The translations under genes were made by a program, and so were the position numbers. A DNA stretch of 54,619 nucleotides, from positions 182,397 through 237,015 of the forward strand of contig DAITPU010000001.1 in the NCBI GenBank assembly GCA_036833455.1. The letters are read 5' to 3'. The notes beneath the pieces were generated by a model. That model was not told the origin of the DNA and ran no database searches. It saw nothing but the letters and a program-made list of their open reading frames with translations. This document shows, in pieces, positions 36,477 through 45,641 of the stretch (positions are counted from its first letter, which is position 1; every line of letters begins with the position of its first letter). The stretch comes from a bacterium (GTDB lineage: Archaea > Nanobdellota > Nanobdellia > Pacearchaeales > GW2011-AR1).

Positions 36477-36986
36477 TTATTTTGTAGCCCCTTTAGCTTT
36501 TAGAGCAATAGCGATTGCTCCTGCAATAAACGCTACAATCAAAGCATTTGTCCAAAAGCTTCCGCTCCAAGAAGAACCAAACAAGAACATCATAAATCTT
36601 TCAGCTCCATTTATAAAAGGAGTTAAAATTCCTGCAGCCCAAATAACTGCGAAAAATATTGCTATAAACAAAATAACTGCGTAAAAGGATTTCCATTTAC
36701 CTCCCGGAGTTGGTTTTTCTCCAGTAATAAATCCCCACATCATAAGTCCAACAAAGATAATTACAAGCCCCACGCTCATAAAGAGAATAAGATTTGTAGC
36801 CATTAGCTTAGGAAAAATAGCTGCAACAAAGATAAGTGCAACAACCAAAGAAACAAGCGCATTTGTTGTTTTAACGTCATCTCCTAAAATCTTAGTCTTT
36901 TCTAAAATAGCAAAAACTAAAAAGAAGAGTAATAAAAAAGGATACAGAAAATCTGTCATTAATGGTGCTTGTAATATTGTAGCCAT
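36477..36986 (-). CDS. Multi-pass membrane protein, paralogue B
   Basis: PFLLLFFLVFAIL...N.LVSLVVA; start at MATIL fits the TATA spacing. Confidence 0.8.
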   Translation of the reverse strand: MATILQAPLMTDFLYPFLLLFFLVFAILEKTKILGDDVKTTNALVSLVVALIFVAAIFPKLMATNLILFMSVGLVIIFVGLMMWGFITGEKPTPGGKWKSFYAVILFIAIFFAVIWAAGILTPFINGAERFMMFLFGSSWSGSFWTNALIVAFIAGAIAIALKAKGATK

Positions 36987-37125
36987 AAACAATTATAATT
37001 TATTTAGTTTAAATAAATTACTATTCTTAATTTATCAAAAGACTGAATCAGTATAATTGAATTTAAAACAACTCAAAAGTTAATGCTTCCCTTGTTATTA
37101 AATCTAAATAGAAAAAACCTTAAAA

Positions 37126-37401
37126 CTACATTAAATCAGCTTCGCCTTCCATAGAAATATCTCTGTTCGGAAGAGCAGCTCGATTTATGATAAAAACATC
37201 ACTTATAGCCCTAACAAATTGGTGTGGAACAACAACTCCTCTCGCTCCACCTAAAACTGAAGACAAATGGCCTGCAACCTTTATTCTCCATCCGTCAATC
37301 TTATTTTCATATAAATTAACTTCTTCTATTTCTCCAAATAAGTCTCCTCCATCTGTATAAACCTTTTTACCCAGAACATCGTTAATCTTTTCAACTCTCA
37401 T
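37126..37401 (-). CDS. PRC-barrel domain protein
   Basis: INDVLGKKVYTDGG..FGEIEEV; VVVP..FVRAISDVFII. Confidence 0.88.
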   Translation of the reverse strand: MRVEKINDVLGKKVYTDGGDLFGEIEEVNLYENKIDGWRIKVAGHLSSVLGGARGVVVPHQFVRAISDVFIINRAALPNRDISMEGEADLM

Positions 37402-37517
37402 AATAAAACATAATTAAATTTTATTTAAATAGTTTTCCATACTAAAAAGGATATTTTTAACCAAAACCGCCTGTCTAAAATAATCAACTTTATAAAAAAG
37501 AGATGTCTTTTAACTTG

Positions 37518-38144
37518 ATGATAAACAAGAAAGAAATTATCTCTATCTTAACTGCTACTTTGGTTTTAGGAGTAACTATCTCTCTTGTTGAAAGCTGGAA
37601 CATTTTTCTCATAACCTCTGCTTTCATATTCGTAGCAATATTTGTTAATCTTTTAGGTAAAAAAGTATCTTCCTACTATTTAGATACAGAAACAGAAGTT
37701 TCTCTTTGGGAATTTAAAAGATATGGATATAAAAAACACTACCACTTTTCTAAACCCTTGCTTGCAGGAATCTTTGTTCCTCTGTTAGTTAAATTTTTTA
37801 GTGTTGGGCTATTGAATTGGATGGCTTGTCTAACTTTTGAAGTAAAAGGCAAAATCTATCGTGCAGCCAGAAGGCACGGAATATATTCTTTCTCAGAGGT
37901 TACTGAAAGAGAAATAGGGTTAATTGCTATTTTTGGTATTTTATTCAATCTTTTGTTTGCTCTCATAGGATATCTATTAGGCGTTCCTCTATTAGCAAAG
38001 CTTAATTTAGTTTACGCTTTTTATAACGTGATTCCTATTTCAAACTTAGATGGATCAAAAATATTTTTTGGAATGAAAAATGTTTGGGTTTTCTTAGCAA
38101 CTTTAGTTTCATTACTAACTCTTGCTTCAATATTCATTGCTTAA
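37518..38144 (+). CDS. Site-2-protease (M50)-like membrane protein lacking HExxH
   Basis: G.IA..G...N and NVIPISNLDGSKIF motifs; NLLGK in place of HExxH. Start at 37518 is 29 nt from a TTTATAAA box. Confidence 0.72.
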   Translation: MINKKEIISILTATLVLGVTISLVESWNIFLITSAFIFVAIFVNLLGKKVSSYYLDTETEVSLWEFKRYGYKKHYHFSKPLLAGIFVPLLVKFFSVGLLNWMACLTFEVKGKIYRAARRHGIYSFSEVTEREIGLIAIFGILFNLLFALIGYLLGVPLLAKLNLVYAFYNVIPISNLDGSKIFFGMKNVWVFLATLVSLLTLASIFIA

Positions 38145-38152
38145 AAAACTTA

Positions 38153-39919
38153 TTAAGGATTGAACTGCCCAAAAGAAACTCTGACGTTTGCCCAATAATT
38201 TCCTTTTTTATCTTTCCCGTAATCAATTACTTCATAATTCTTAATAAAAGAACCAGATGCAATTCTCCCCTTATTTGAAAATACTTGTCCTGATTGAAAA
38301 TTTCCTCCCTGGTTTTCTTCAAAATAACCAGAAGTAATCATTGAGTCTATTCTTGATTGTTTTAAGGAACTGGCATAGCAAAGAGCATCAAAAATAGCTT
38401 CCTCTAAACTATTCTTACTTCCTCCAGTTGAGGATTCTATTAAATCTTCTTTTTTTAAGGAGGGGCTTATCAACGAACTTTCCAATTGATAAATTTCCTG
38501 CATATATTGAAAATCGTCTTGCACAAATGAAATTCCTGATTGTTTACCTTCTTGACTAACACGCATCATTTCGTCATAAGTCTCAAAAAAACTTCCTGTC
38601 CTGATTAATAAATTCCCTCCTTCTAATGGAACTGAAATTCCTTCTTTAATATAAGATTCCTCAAAAAGATACTCAATTCGCTCTTCTCCTTCTTCTATAT
38701 CAGTAAAACTTGAAACTTCTGATTTGTATAACAAAGCTTCTTCACTAGAAGGAACAGGATTAAAAATTCCTCCTACCAAAACCCCCTCTTGAATTACGTT
38801 TTTTCCTCCTTTTAAATAAGCTTGATTAAATTCAACCCCTTTAACATTAAAACTACCCTTAAAATCAACAGATAAATCTTTTAAATCTCCATAATAAAAA
38901 AGCCCTTCTTCATTTACTAAAATTTCCTCATTATTTTTCCCCTTAAAAGTTAAAGAGCCATTTTGATTAAAAATTCCCGCGGCAATTGAATCTACATTCT
39001 CGTCTTCCAATTGAAAAATCAATCTCCCCTTTCCCCCTGAAAATTCATATTGATAATCTCCTGAATTTTTTCTAAGTTCAGAAACGCAATTTGGAGAGAC
39101 ACATTTTTTATTAAAAAGATATTCTATTTCTTCCTCTGAAACAAATAAAGATCTAGAAATTTGGCCATTTTCATATCTGGAAAAAAAACTTTCTTGTCCT
39201 AAAATTCTTGTTCCATCATTTAAAATCTTTTGGGATCCCTTAACAGAAGAAAAAAGATCTCCATCAATTTTTTCAAAAAAAGATCCATTAATCAAAATAG
39301 AATTTTCTGAGACGTGAATTAAACAAGTAGAATTGGGCATAGAAAAAAAAGAGTTATTTCCTTTTAATATACTTGAATTAAAAAAAGAAAAAGAGGAATT
39401 TTTACAGGAATCTAAATTTATTCTTCCCTCTTTTAATAAAAAACCCTCTTTATCTTTAATCATCCTCCCCCCATAAATTTGAGATCCATCTTGAAGGATT
39501 AAATGGCCATATTTATTTACTTTAGAGCCCCTATTATCTTCTAAATCGAAAGTCACCCCTTCTCCCACTACTCCTTTTAAAAAAACAATACTTTTGCCAT
39601 CTTCAATAACTATTGAATTTATTTTTGCTCCCTCAAAAAGAATTCCTTGATTTTCAAACCAATATTTTCGAATCGAATCATAATCATTTAAAAAAGAAAT
39701 GTTTTTAGAAGCTCGTAAGGAAACTTCTTTAAGAACATCCTCTCTATTCATAAGAGTTAATTTTTCATCCAGAAGTAGAACTTGTAAAAAAAGATCATTA
39801 TTTAATTTAGATAGGTTATATTCTCCCTGAACTATTAAAGATTCTATTTCTTGGGGGGATTCAGCTAAAACTGGATTTAAAAATAAACAAAAAATTAGGA
39901 TAAAAAGTAAAATTCTCAT
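38153..39919 (-). CDS. Secreted hypothetical protein, 588 aa
   Basis: Signal peptide MRILLFILIFCLFLNPVLA; beta-rich middle region; ATGA overlap with the upstream gene. Confidence 0.8.
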   Translation of the reverse strand: MRILLFILIFCLFLNPVLAESPQEIESLIVQGEYNLSKLNNDLFLQVLLLDEKLTLMNREDVLKEVSLRASKNISFLNDYDSIRKYWFENQGILFEGAKINSIVIEDGKSIVFLKGVVGEGVTFDLEDNRGSKVNKYGHLILQDGSQIYGGRMIKDKEGFLLKEGRINLDSCKNSSFSFFNSSILKGNNSFFSMPNSTCLIHVSENSILINGSFFEKIDGDLFSSVKGSQKILNDGTRILGQESFFSRYENGQISRSLFVSEEEIEYLFNKKCVSPNCVSELRKNSGDYQYEFSGGKGRLIFQLEDENVDSIAAGIFNQNGSLTFKGKNNEEILVNEEGLFYYGDLKDLSVDFKGSFNVKGVEFNQAYLKGGKNVIQEGVLVGGIFNPVPSSEEALLYKSEVSSFTDIEEGEERIEYLFEESYIKEGISVPLEGGNLLIRTGSFFETYDEMMRVSQEGKQSGISFVQDDFQYMQEIYQLESSLISPSLKKEDLIESSTGGSKNSLEEAIFDALCYASSLKQSRIDSMITSGYFEENQGGNFQSGQVFSNKGRIASGSFIKNYEVIDYGKDKKGNYWANVRVSFGQFNP

Positions 39920-40671
39920 TCTTCTTCCTCCATTTTTAAAGCAAAAGAATATGCTAAAGGTATTTCTCCTTGGGTGTCCGAAGAGAATATTAACGTCAAA
40001 ATAAGATCCTTTTCCCCTAAGGGGGTTATTTCATAAGTAAAATCCCTTTCAAATGCCAAATTAGTCAAATAACTTAATGAAAAAAAAGAGGGATTTTTTT
40101 CTTGGATTTTAATAAATTCTTCAACTAGTTTATACTTTGAATATAAATCAAAATCATAGTTTAAAGAAAAATCTTTAAATTTAACTTTTGATTCTCCCTT
40201 GAAAACAATTAAAGGATAACTTAAATCAATTAAAATTTTATCTTCCAAAATTTCAAATTCGGAAAAAGGTTTTCCAGAATCTATCTTATATCCTTGATTT
40301 TCAAAATTGGAAAAATCTAAGCAGTTTTCAATATTCTCTTCCAAATAAGATGAAAGTTCTTCCTCAATAATTTCTAGAGAAGGCATTTTAGAAACTTCAT
40401 CAAAATAAACAGGAAATTTGGCATTTTTATAGATAAGGAAATCTTTATTTAAATTATAAAATCCCCCATGAAAAAAATTAAAATAAATTGCTTCTTTTGT
40501 CGTCTTTTCTAAGCATTCTTCAACAAAATTATTTATTTCTGGTAAATCGACATTATTACTGCTTTTAAGAGTGACTCCTTCCCTAAAAACAAAAAAACCA
40601 ACGGATAGAACAACTAATAACAGAGATATAATTATAAAAATTGTAACTTGCCCAAATTTATTATTCTTCAT
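39916..40671 (-). CDS. Class III signal peptide (KFG|QVTIFII) protein, paralogue of 172..1998
   Basis: Shared leader and CLE..GG / PSLE / QGY motifs. Confidence 0.83.
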   Translation of the reverse strand: MKNNKFGQVTIFIIISLLLVVLSVGFFVFREGVTLKSSNNVDLPEINNFVEECLEKTTKEAIYFNFFHGGFYNLNKDFLIYKNAKFPVYFDEVSKMPSLEIIEEELSSYLEENIENCLDFSNFENQGYKIDSGKPFSEFEILEDKILIDLSYPLIVFKGESKVKFKDFSLNYDFDLYSKYKLVEEFIKIQEKNPSFFSLSYLTNLAFERDFTYEITPLGEKDLILTLIFSSDTQGEIPLAYSFALKMEEEE

Positions 40672-40746
40672 TAAAAATAAATGAGAAAAGAATTTATATA
40701 GTTTATGCGACTATTATCCTAACTATAAAGAAAACTTCTTACAAAA

Positions 40747-42309
40747 ATGGAATATAAAAAGATCTTAAAAGAAATTGAACCAAGAGAATATCAAATAAAC
40801 ATCTCGAAAAAATGTTTAGAGAAAAATACTCTTGTTGTGCTTCCAACCGGATTAGGAAAAACGCTTATTGCTTTGATTGTGGCTATTGAAAAAATACAAA
40901 AAGAACCTTTAAAAAAAATCCTGTTTTTAGCCCCAACAAAACCTCTCGCAGAACAGCATTTGAATTCTTTTAAAGAAAAGTTACCAAACGAATGGGTAGA
41001 GATGGATTTATTCACAGGATCAGTAAAAAAAGAGAAAAGAGAAAAAATTTGGAAAGAGAAGAGCATTATTTTTTCAACCCCTCAATGTATTGCAAATGAT
41101 TTAAAGAATAACTTGTATTCTCTTAAAGAAGTTTCTTTGCTTATAGAAGATGAAGCCCATAGATGTGTGAAGAATTATGATTATTCTTACATTGCAAAAA
41201 GATATGTTAAAGAAAATTCTCAAGGAAGGACAATTGGGTTAACTGCCTCGCCTGGAAACGATAAATCAAACATAAAGGAAATTTTAAAAAATTTAGAAAT
41301 AGAAGAAATTGAATTGAGAACAAGAGAGAGTCCAGATGTGAAACCTTATTTACAAGAACTAACTTTCGAAAAAATAGAGGTTGAACTTCCAAAAGAATTT
41401 AAAGAAATCTCAAATAATTTAAATAAGCTAAAAGAAAATTTGATTGAGGAACTCAGAAAAAATTCAGGGGTTTTTGGAAATATAAATAAAATTACTTTAA
41501 TAAATTTACAAAAAAAAATTTCTTCTGAATTAACTAGAGGATATAAATCAAAAGAATCTTATTTTGCATTAAGCCAAATTGCTCAAATAATAAAAATAGA
41601 ACATGCGATCGAGCTTTTAGAAACTCAAACCCAGAAAAGTTTTCATAAGTATATGAAAGAATTATATCTTCAAGCAGAAAAACAAAAATCAAGAGGAGTT
41701 CAAAAATTAGTTTCAAAACAAGAATTTAACATTGCTTTCTCGATTTCTCATTCCCTATTTAAGAAAGGAGAAGAACACCCAAAAATAAGAGAAATAATAA
41801 AATTAGTAAAAAAAGAAAAAGAAAAAAATGAAAATGTAAAAATACTCATTTTTACCCAATACAGAGAAACAGCAAAATTAGTAGCTGAAATGGTTAATAA
41901 TCTCTTCGGAATAAAATCTAAAGTATTTGTTGGCCAACTTAAAAAAGAAGGAATTGGATTAAGTCAAAAAGAGCAGAAAGAAATAATAAATGAATTTAGA
42001 AAAAATGAAACAAACGTTCTTTGTGCTACTTGTATTGCAGAGGAGGGATTAGACATACCTGAAGTAAGCACGGTTATTTTTTATGAACCAGTTTCATCTG
42101 GAATTAGAACCATACAAAGGAAAGGTAGAACAGCCAGAATGTCTCAAGGTAAATTAATAATGATGATTACTAAAGACACAAAAGATGAAAGAGCATATTA
42201 TTCTTCTATGCAAAAAGAAAAATCCATGAAAACTCAAATAGAAAAAGTAAAAGAAGAAATAAAAAAAGAAAAAATTTTCAAAGAAAATCAAAAAAAATTG
42301 TTCACTTAA
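40747..42309 (+). CDS. hef: Hef/FANCM-like SF2 helicase, helicase part only
   Basis: PREYQ, LPTGLGKT, LAPTKPL..QH, DEAH, GLTASPG, EEGLDIP, QRKGRTAR; no ERCC4 domain. Confidence 0.9.
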   Translation: MEYKKILKEIEPREYQINISKKCLEKNTLVVLPTGLGKTLIALIVAIEKIQKEPLKKILFLAPTKPLAEQHLNSFKEKLPNEWVEMDLFTGSVKKEKREKIWKEKSIIFSTPQCIANDLKNNLYSLKEVSLLIEDEAHRCVKNYDYSYIAKRYVKENSQGRTIGLTASPGNDKSNIKEILKNLEIEEIELRTRESPDVKPYLQELTFEKIEVELPKEFKEISNNLNKLKENLIEELRKNSGVFGNINKITLINLQKKISSELTRGYKSKESYFALSQIAQIIKIEHAIELLETQTQKSFHKYMKELYLQAEKQKSRGVQKLVSKQEFNIAFSISHSLFKKGEEHPKIREIIKLVKKEKEKNENVKILIFTQYRETAKLVAEMVNNLFGIKSKVFVGQLKKEGIGLSQKEQKEIINEFRKNETNVLCATCIAEEGLDIPEVSTVIFYEPVSSGIRTIQRKGRTARMSQGKLIMMITKDTKDERAYYSSMQKEKSMKTQIEKVKEEIKKEKIFKENQKKLFT

Positions 42310-42349
42310 GAACAATCATTCTTATAAAGACACAAAATATTTTTTTTAT

Positions 42350-43396
42350 ATGGCTAGAATTATTGGAAAGGGTTATTCTTATCAGGACATATTAATCTTA
42401 CCTAAATATAATAAAATTCGTTCTAGGAAAGATGTAGATTTTAAAACAAAAGTAACAAGAAATTATGAGCTGGATATTCCATTTATTGTGGCAAATATGG
42501 ATACTATTTGTGAATCTCAAATGGCAATAGCAATAGGAAAATTAGGGGGATTGGGGGTAATTCACCGTTTTATGCCAATTGTTAAACAAAAAAAAGAAGT
42601 TGAAAAAGTTAAAAAAGAAAGGCTTATTGCTGCAGCGGCAATTGGTATAAATGATTTTGAAGAACGGGTTAAGGCTTTAAATGAAGTAAAAATAAACATT
42701 TTGGTCTTAGATATAGCACACGGGCATTCAAAATACGCTGGAAAGGTTTTAGATTGGTTAAAACAAAATTACCCTCACATAGACGTTATGGCTGGAAATA
42801 TTGCAACAAAGGATGCAGCAGAATATTTCTTATCCAAAGGTGCAGATGCAATAAAAGTAGGCATAGGTCCTGGATCAATGTGTACAACAAGAATAATGAC
42901 TGGGGCAGGAGTTCCCCAAATAACTGCAATAATGGATGCGTATGAAGCAACACAAGGAAAAATTCCCATTTGTGCCGACGGGGGATTAAAAGCCCCAGGG
43001 GATGTTGTAAAAGCTTTAGGCGCGGGAGCGAACACAATTATGTCTGGAGAAATATTTTCTGGGACCCTTGAAACTCCCGGAGAAATAATAAAAAAGAAAG
43101 GAAAAAAATTTAAGATATATCGAGGAATGGCTAGTTTTGATGCGACCCTTCAAAAAAAAATTCTTGATGGAAAAACTGGAAAAGAAATTATTTCTATAGA
43201 AGGAGAAAAAACATTCGTTCCATATAAGGGTCCAATAGAACCAATAATAAAAAAATATTTAGGGGGGCTTGCTTCTGGAATGACTTATATGGGCGCACAA
43301 AAGATGGAAAATCTAATTGGAAAAGCCGATTTTATAGAAATTTCTCCCCAAGGTTTTAATGAAAGTTTTGCCCATGGAGTGAAAGATCTTTCTTAA
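42350..43396 (+). CDS. IMPDH/GMP reductase family protein without CBS domains
   Basis: ANMDT, GGLGVIHR, DIAHGHS, AGNIAT, KVGIGPGSMCTTR..TG.G.PQ, ADGG, YRGMAS, VPYKG. Confidence 0.9.
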   Translation: MARIIGKGYSYQDILILPKYNKIRSRKDVDFKTKVTRNYELDIPFIVANMDTICESQMAIAIGKLGGLGVIHRFMPIVKQKKEVEKVKKERLIAAAAIGINDFEERVKALNEVKINILVLDIAHGHSKYAGKVLDWLKQNYPHIDVMAGNIATKDAAEYFLSKGADAIKVGIGPGSMCTTRIMTGAGVPQITAIMDAYEATQGKIPICADGGLKAPGDVVKALGAGANTIMSGEIFSGTLETPGEIIKKKGKKFKIYRGMASFDATLQKKILDGKTGKEIISIEGEKTFVPYKGPIEPIIKKYLGGLASGMTYMGAQKMENLIGKADFIEISPQGFNESFAHGVKDLS

Positions 43397-43430
43397 AAAA
43401 TTATAAAAAGAAAAAAAACCATAAAAAAGA

Positions 43431-44069
43431 ATGATTCATGATATTTATTCTAAAAAGAAAATAATTGAATCTCCTAAAGAAAAAGTCCTCGTAGACTTCC
43501 GAGAGAAAAATTCTTTGATCCCAACATTTCTTATAAATGAAGGCCTTAGAGTTGAATTTAAAAATCTTGAAGTGGGGGATTATTTTGTTAATGGGGTTTT
43601 GATTGAACGAAAAACACTACAAGATTTTTCAAATTCAATGATTAATAAAAGATTAAATTCTCAAATAAAAAATTTAAAAGTGGCTGAAAATAAACTTTTA
43701 ATAATAGAAGGAAATGACCTAAAATCAGATGTTAACAGAAAAGCACTAAAAGGTTTTGAAATTTCAATTATGATTAACCATAAAATTCCCATTCTAAGGA
43801 CAAATTCAGGAGAAGAAACTGCAAAAATTATTTTAATGTTAGCAAATCAAAAGAAAAATAATTCTTCCTTGGTGGAAAATAAAAAAGAATTAACTAAAGA
43901 AGAAAGACAAAAATTTGTCCTTGAATCTTTCCAAGGAATAGGCCCCTCAAAATCAAAACAACTTTTAGAAAAGTTTGGATCAATAAAAAACATTATTAAC
44001 TCTTCAGAAAAAGAACTAGAAGAAGTCCTAGGAAAGAGAACTTCTTCTTTTTTAAGAATAATAAATTAA
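43431..44069 (+). CDS. ERCC4/XPF-type nuclease with HhH (stand-alone Hef nuclease)
   Basis: VDFRE, GDY, IERKT..DF..S, LIIEG, HhH FQGIGP..S..LLEKFGSI. Confidence 0.9.
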   Translation: MIHDIYSKKKIIESPKEKVLVDFREKNSLIPTFLINEGLRVEFKNLEVGDYFVNGVLIERKTLQDFSNSMINKRLNSQIKNLKVAENKLLIIEGNDLKSDVNRKALKGFEISIMINHKIPILRTNSGEETAKIILMLANQKKNNSSLVENKKELTKEERQKFVLESFQGIGPSKSKQLLEKFGSIKNIINSSEKELEEVLGKRTSSFLRIIN

Positions 44070-44141
44070 AATAAAAAAATTTTTGTTTGTTTAATTACAA
44101 GGATTTTGACCCCTCTACAGTTTTTCAAAAAAAAGGAATTC

Positions 44142-45356
44142 CTATTTATTCTTTTTTGGTACTAATGCAAAGAAGCTATATCCTTTTTTAACTTCAGAAG
44201 CTAATTTTTTTACTTCTTCTAATTTAACTTTCTCTATCTCTTTTTGAAAATTATAAAAATCTTCTGCCTTTGAAGAAACCTCTGAAGAAAGTAAATTTAT
44301 CATTTGACTTTGGGTATCTTCCATTGATAGTTGATAGTTTCCAATTATCTGCTTTTTTACTTGAATCAGTTCTTCTCGTGACAACTCCTTAGAAACCTTC
44401 TCAAACTCATCTAAGATTAAATTTTTTATTTCTTCTATTTTCTCGGGGGTTGTTCCAACATAAATAAAACTATAAGAATAATCTTTTGAAGCCCCCAAAT
44501 CCCCTTTAACCGAATAAGCTAAATTTCTTTTTTCTCTTATTTCCGAAAATAATCTTGAAGACATACCTCCCGTCATAATCATTGAAAGAACTTTTGCCGC
44601 ATAAACTCTTTTATCTGAAGACAAAGGAGAATGATATGCAAAAACAAGATTGGCTTGATCAAGTCCGTCTCTCTCTTCTATTTTCTTCCTATTTTTTAAC
44701 CTTATTTTTTGAGGGGTTGTTGTTTTTCCTTTTCCAGAAAAATTTTTACCCAAATACCTGACCAATTTGTTAAAGTCGTAATTTCCCACAACACATAAAA
44801 TTAAATTAGAAGGATTATAAATTTCTTTAAACTTCTTAACTATTTTTTCTCGATTTAAGGAATTCATAGTTTTTTCTGTTCCAATTAAAGGCTCTCCCAA
44901 ACTTCCTTCATATAAGAAAGACTGTATTTTATCCAAAACATAAATTTGGGGAGAATCCCTCCTCATTTTCATTTCTTCAAAAATAACTTTTCTCTCTTTT
45001 TTTAGTTCATTTTCATCAAAAACGGGGTTTTTTATTAAATCCGTTAAAACTTCTAACCCCAAATCTGCACTTTCTTTAGGCATCTTACACCAAAATCCAG
45101 TAATCTCTTCGGAAGTAAATCCGTTCATTTCTCCTCCATTTTTCTCAATATCTTTTGCTATTTGAAAAGCATTTCTTTTAGGAGTTCCCTTATAAAGCAT
45201 GTGTTCAATGTAATGGGAAATCCCTTTTTCATTCAATTCTTCATGAAGACCCCCTGCACGAACAGCATAAATAAAACTAACCACGGGTAAATTTCTTTTT
45301 TCAAAAACTAGAGTCAAGCCGTTGGGAAAAACCTTTTTTTTGAAATTTTGTTTCAT
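44142..45356 (-). CDS. M16 (pitrilysin-like) zinc peptidase
   Basis: G.SHYIEHMLYKGT (HxxEH), NGFTS.E.T, E..VI.EE, GGMSSRLF..IREK..LAY. Confidence 0.93.
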   Translation of the reverse strand: MKQNFKKKVFPNGLTLVFEKRNLPVVSFIYAVRAGGLHEELNEKGISHYIEHMLYKGTPKRNAFQIAKDIEKNGGEMNGFTSEEITGFWCKMPKESADLGLEVLTDLIKNPVFDENELKKERKVIFEEMKMRRDSPQIYVLDKIQSFLYEGSLGEPLIGTEKTMNSLNREKIVKKFKEIYNPSNLILCVVGNYDFNKLVRYLGKNFSGKGKTTTPQKIRLKNRKKIEERDGLDQANLVFAYHSPLSSDKRVYAAKVLSMIMTGGMSSRLFSEIREKRNLAYSVKGDLGASKDYSYSFIYVGTTPEKIEEIKNLILDEFEKVSKELSREELIQVKKQIIGNYQLSMEDTQSQMINLLSSEVSSKAEDFYNFQKEIEKVKLEEVKKLASEVKKGYSFFALVPKKNK

Positions 45357-45397
45357 TCTCTAAAAAAATAAAGAATGTATTTAAACTTATGGAAGAA

Positions 45398-45610
45398 TCA
45401 AAATAATAGAAAATATCCAAGGAAGCAAATGCCTAAAAAAACCGCTAAAAGAATAAGCCATTTTTTAAAAGACGCTTTTTTTGGATCTTCTTGTTTTTCA
45501 GGTTTATTTTCTTCTAAAAGAGGATTGACTTCGAGACTTCTTTTTTCAAAATTAAATTGATCTTCTAATCTTTTATTTTTTTGGGGGGTCCTCAAAATTT
45601 CTTCTTCCAT
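45398..45610 (-). CDS. Small tail-anchored membrane protein
   Basis: Hydrophilic N-terminus and a single C-terminal TM (WLILLAVFLGICFLGYFLLF). Confidence 0.6.
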   Translation of the reverse strand: MEEEILRTPQKNKRLEDQFNFEKRSLEVNPLLEENKPEKQEDPKKASFKKWLILLAVFLGICFLGYFLLF

Positions 45611-45641
45611 AAATTTGATTGTTAAAAAAGATTAATAAAAC

